A stretch of 64,000 nt of DNA, taken from NCBI RefSeq assembly GCF_963921235.1, contig NC_086097.1, positions 22,632,001-22,696,000 of the forward strand. Direction: 5' to 3'. The notes under the pieces are model-generated. The model saw nothing but the letters and a program-made list of their open reading frames with translations, was not told the DNA's origin and ran no database searches. This DNA is from Mobula hypostoma (taxonomy: Eukaryota). Positions 63,898-64,000 of this stretch are shown piece by piece. Both the position numbers and the translations under genes were made by a program. Every line of letters starts with the position of its first letter. Positions within the stretch are counted from its first letter, which is position 1.

Positions 63898-64000
63898 TTT
63901 ACTTTACTTTTACCTTACTGTACAAAACTTTGATAAAGAACTTTGTGAGTAATTGAGGATAAGTCATAAATCTTTAAGAGTATTAGACTAGATTTATTAA

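Noticed and set aside
1..64000. CRISPR array, operon or other prokaryotic system
   Set aside because: No regularly spaced repeats or gene-dense segments; content is vertebrate transposon debris

Overview
Eukaryotic, repeat-dense, essentially non-coding DNA (intronic or intergenic). The repeat landscape (CR1 LINEs, HE1/V-type SINEs, Rex-Babar LINEs, Penelope tails) points to a cartilaginous fish, probably a ray; this is an inference. Almost every ORF in the six-frame track is a transposon remnant or its antisense shadow, and I recognise no host gene. Highlights: (1) a Sleeping Beauty-family Tc1 element whose left end is an inverted copy of its own right IR/DR plus the transposase C-terminus, inside a nested stack of CR1, Tc1 and hAT insertions; (2) a TA-flanked Tigger4/Zombi-like element with a block that closely matches mammalian MER2/MER46-type sequence as I recall it; (3) a HERO (RLE-type) retrotransposon remnant; (4) several MITEs and a solo LTR with visible target-site duplications; (5) two short local duplications; (6) a few weak, unverified small-exon candidates. 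Family names come from motif recognition, not database searches. Boundaries are approximate unless a TIR or TSD is quoted. I found no well-supported novel gene system.
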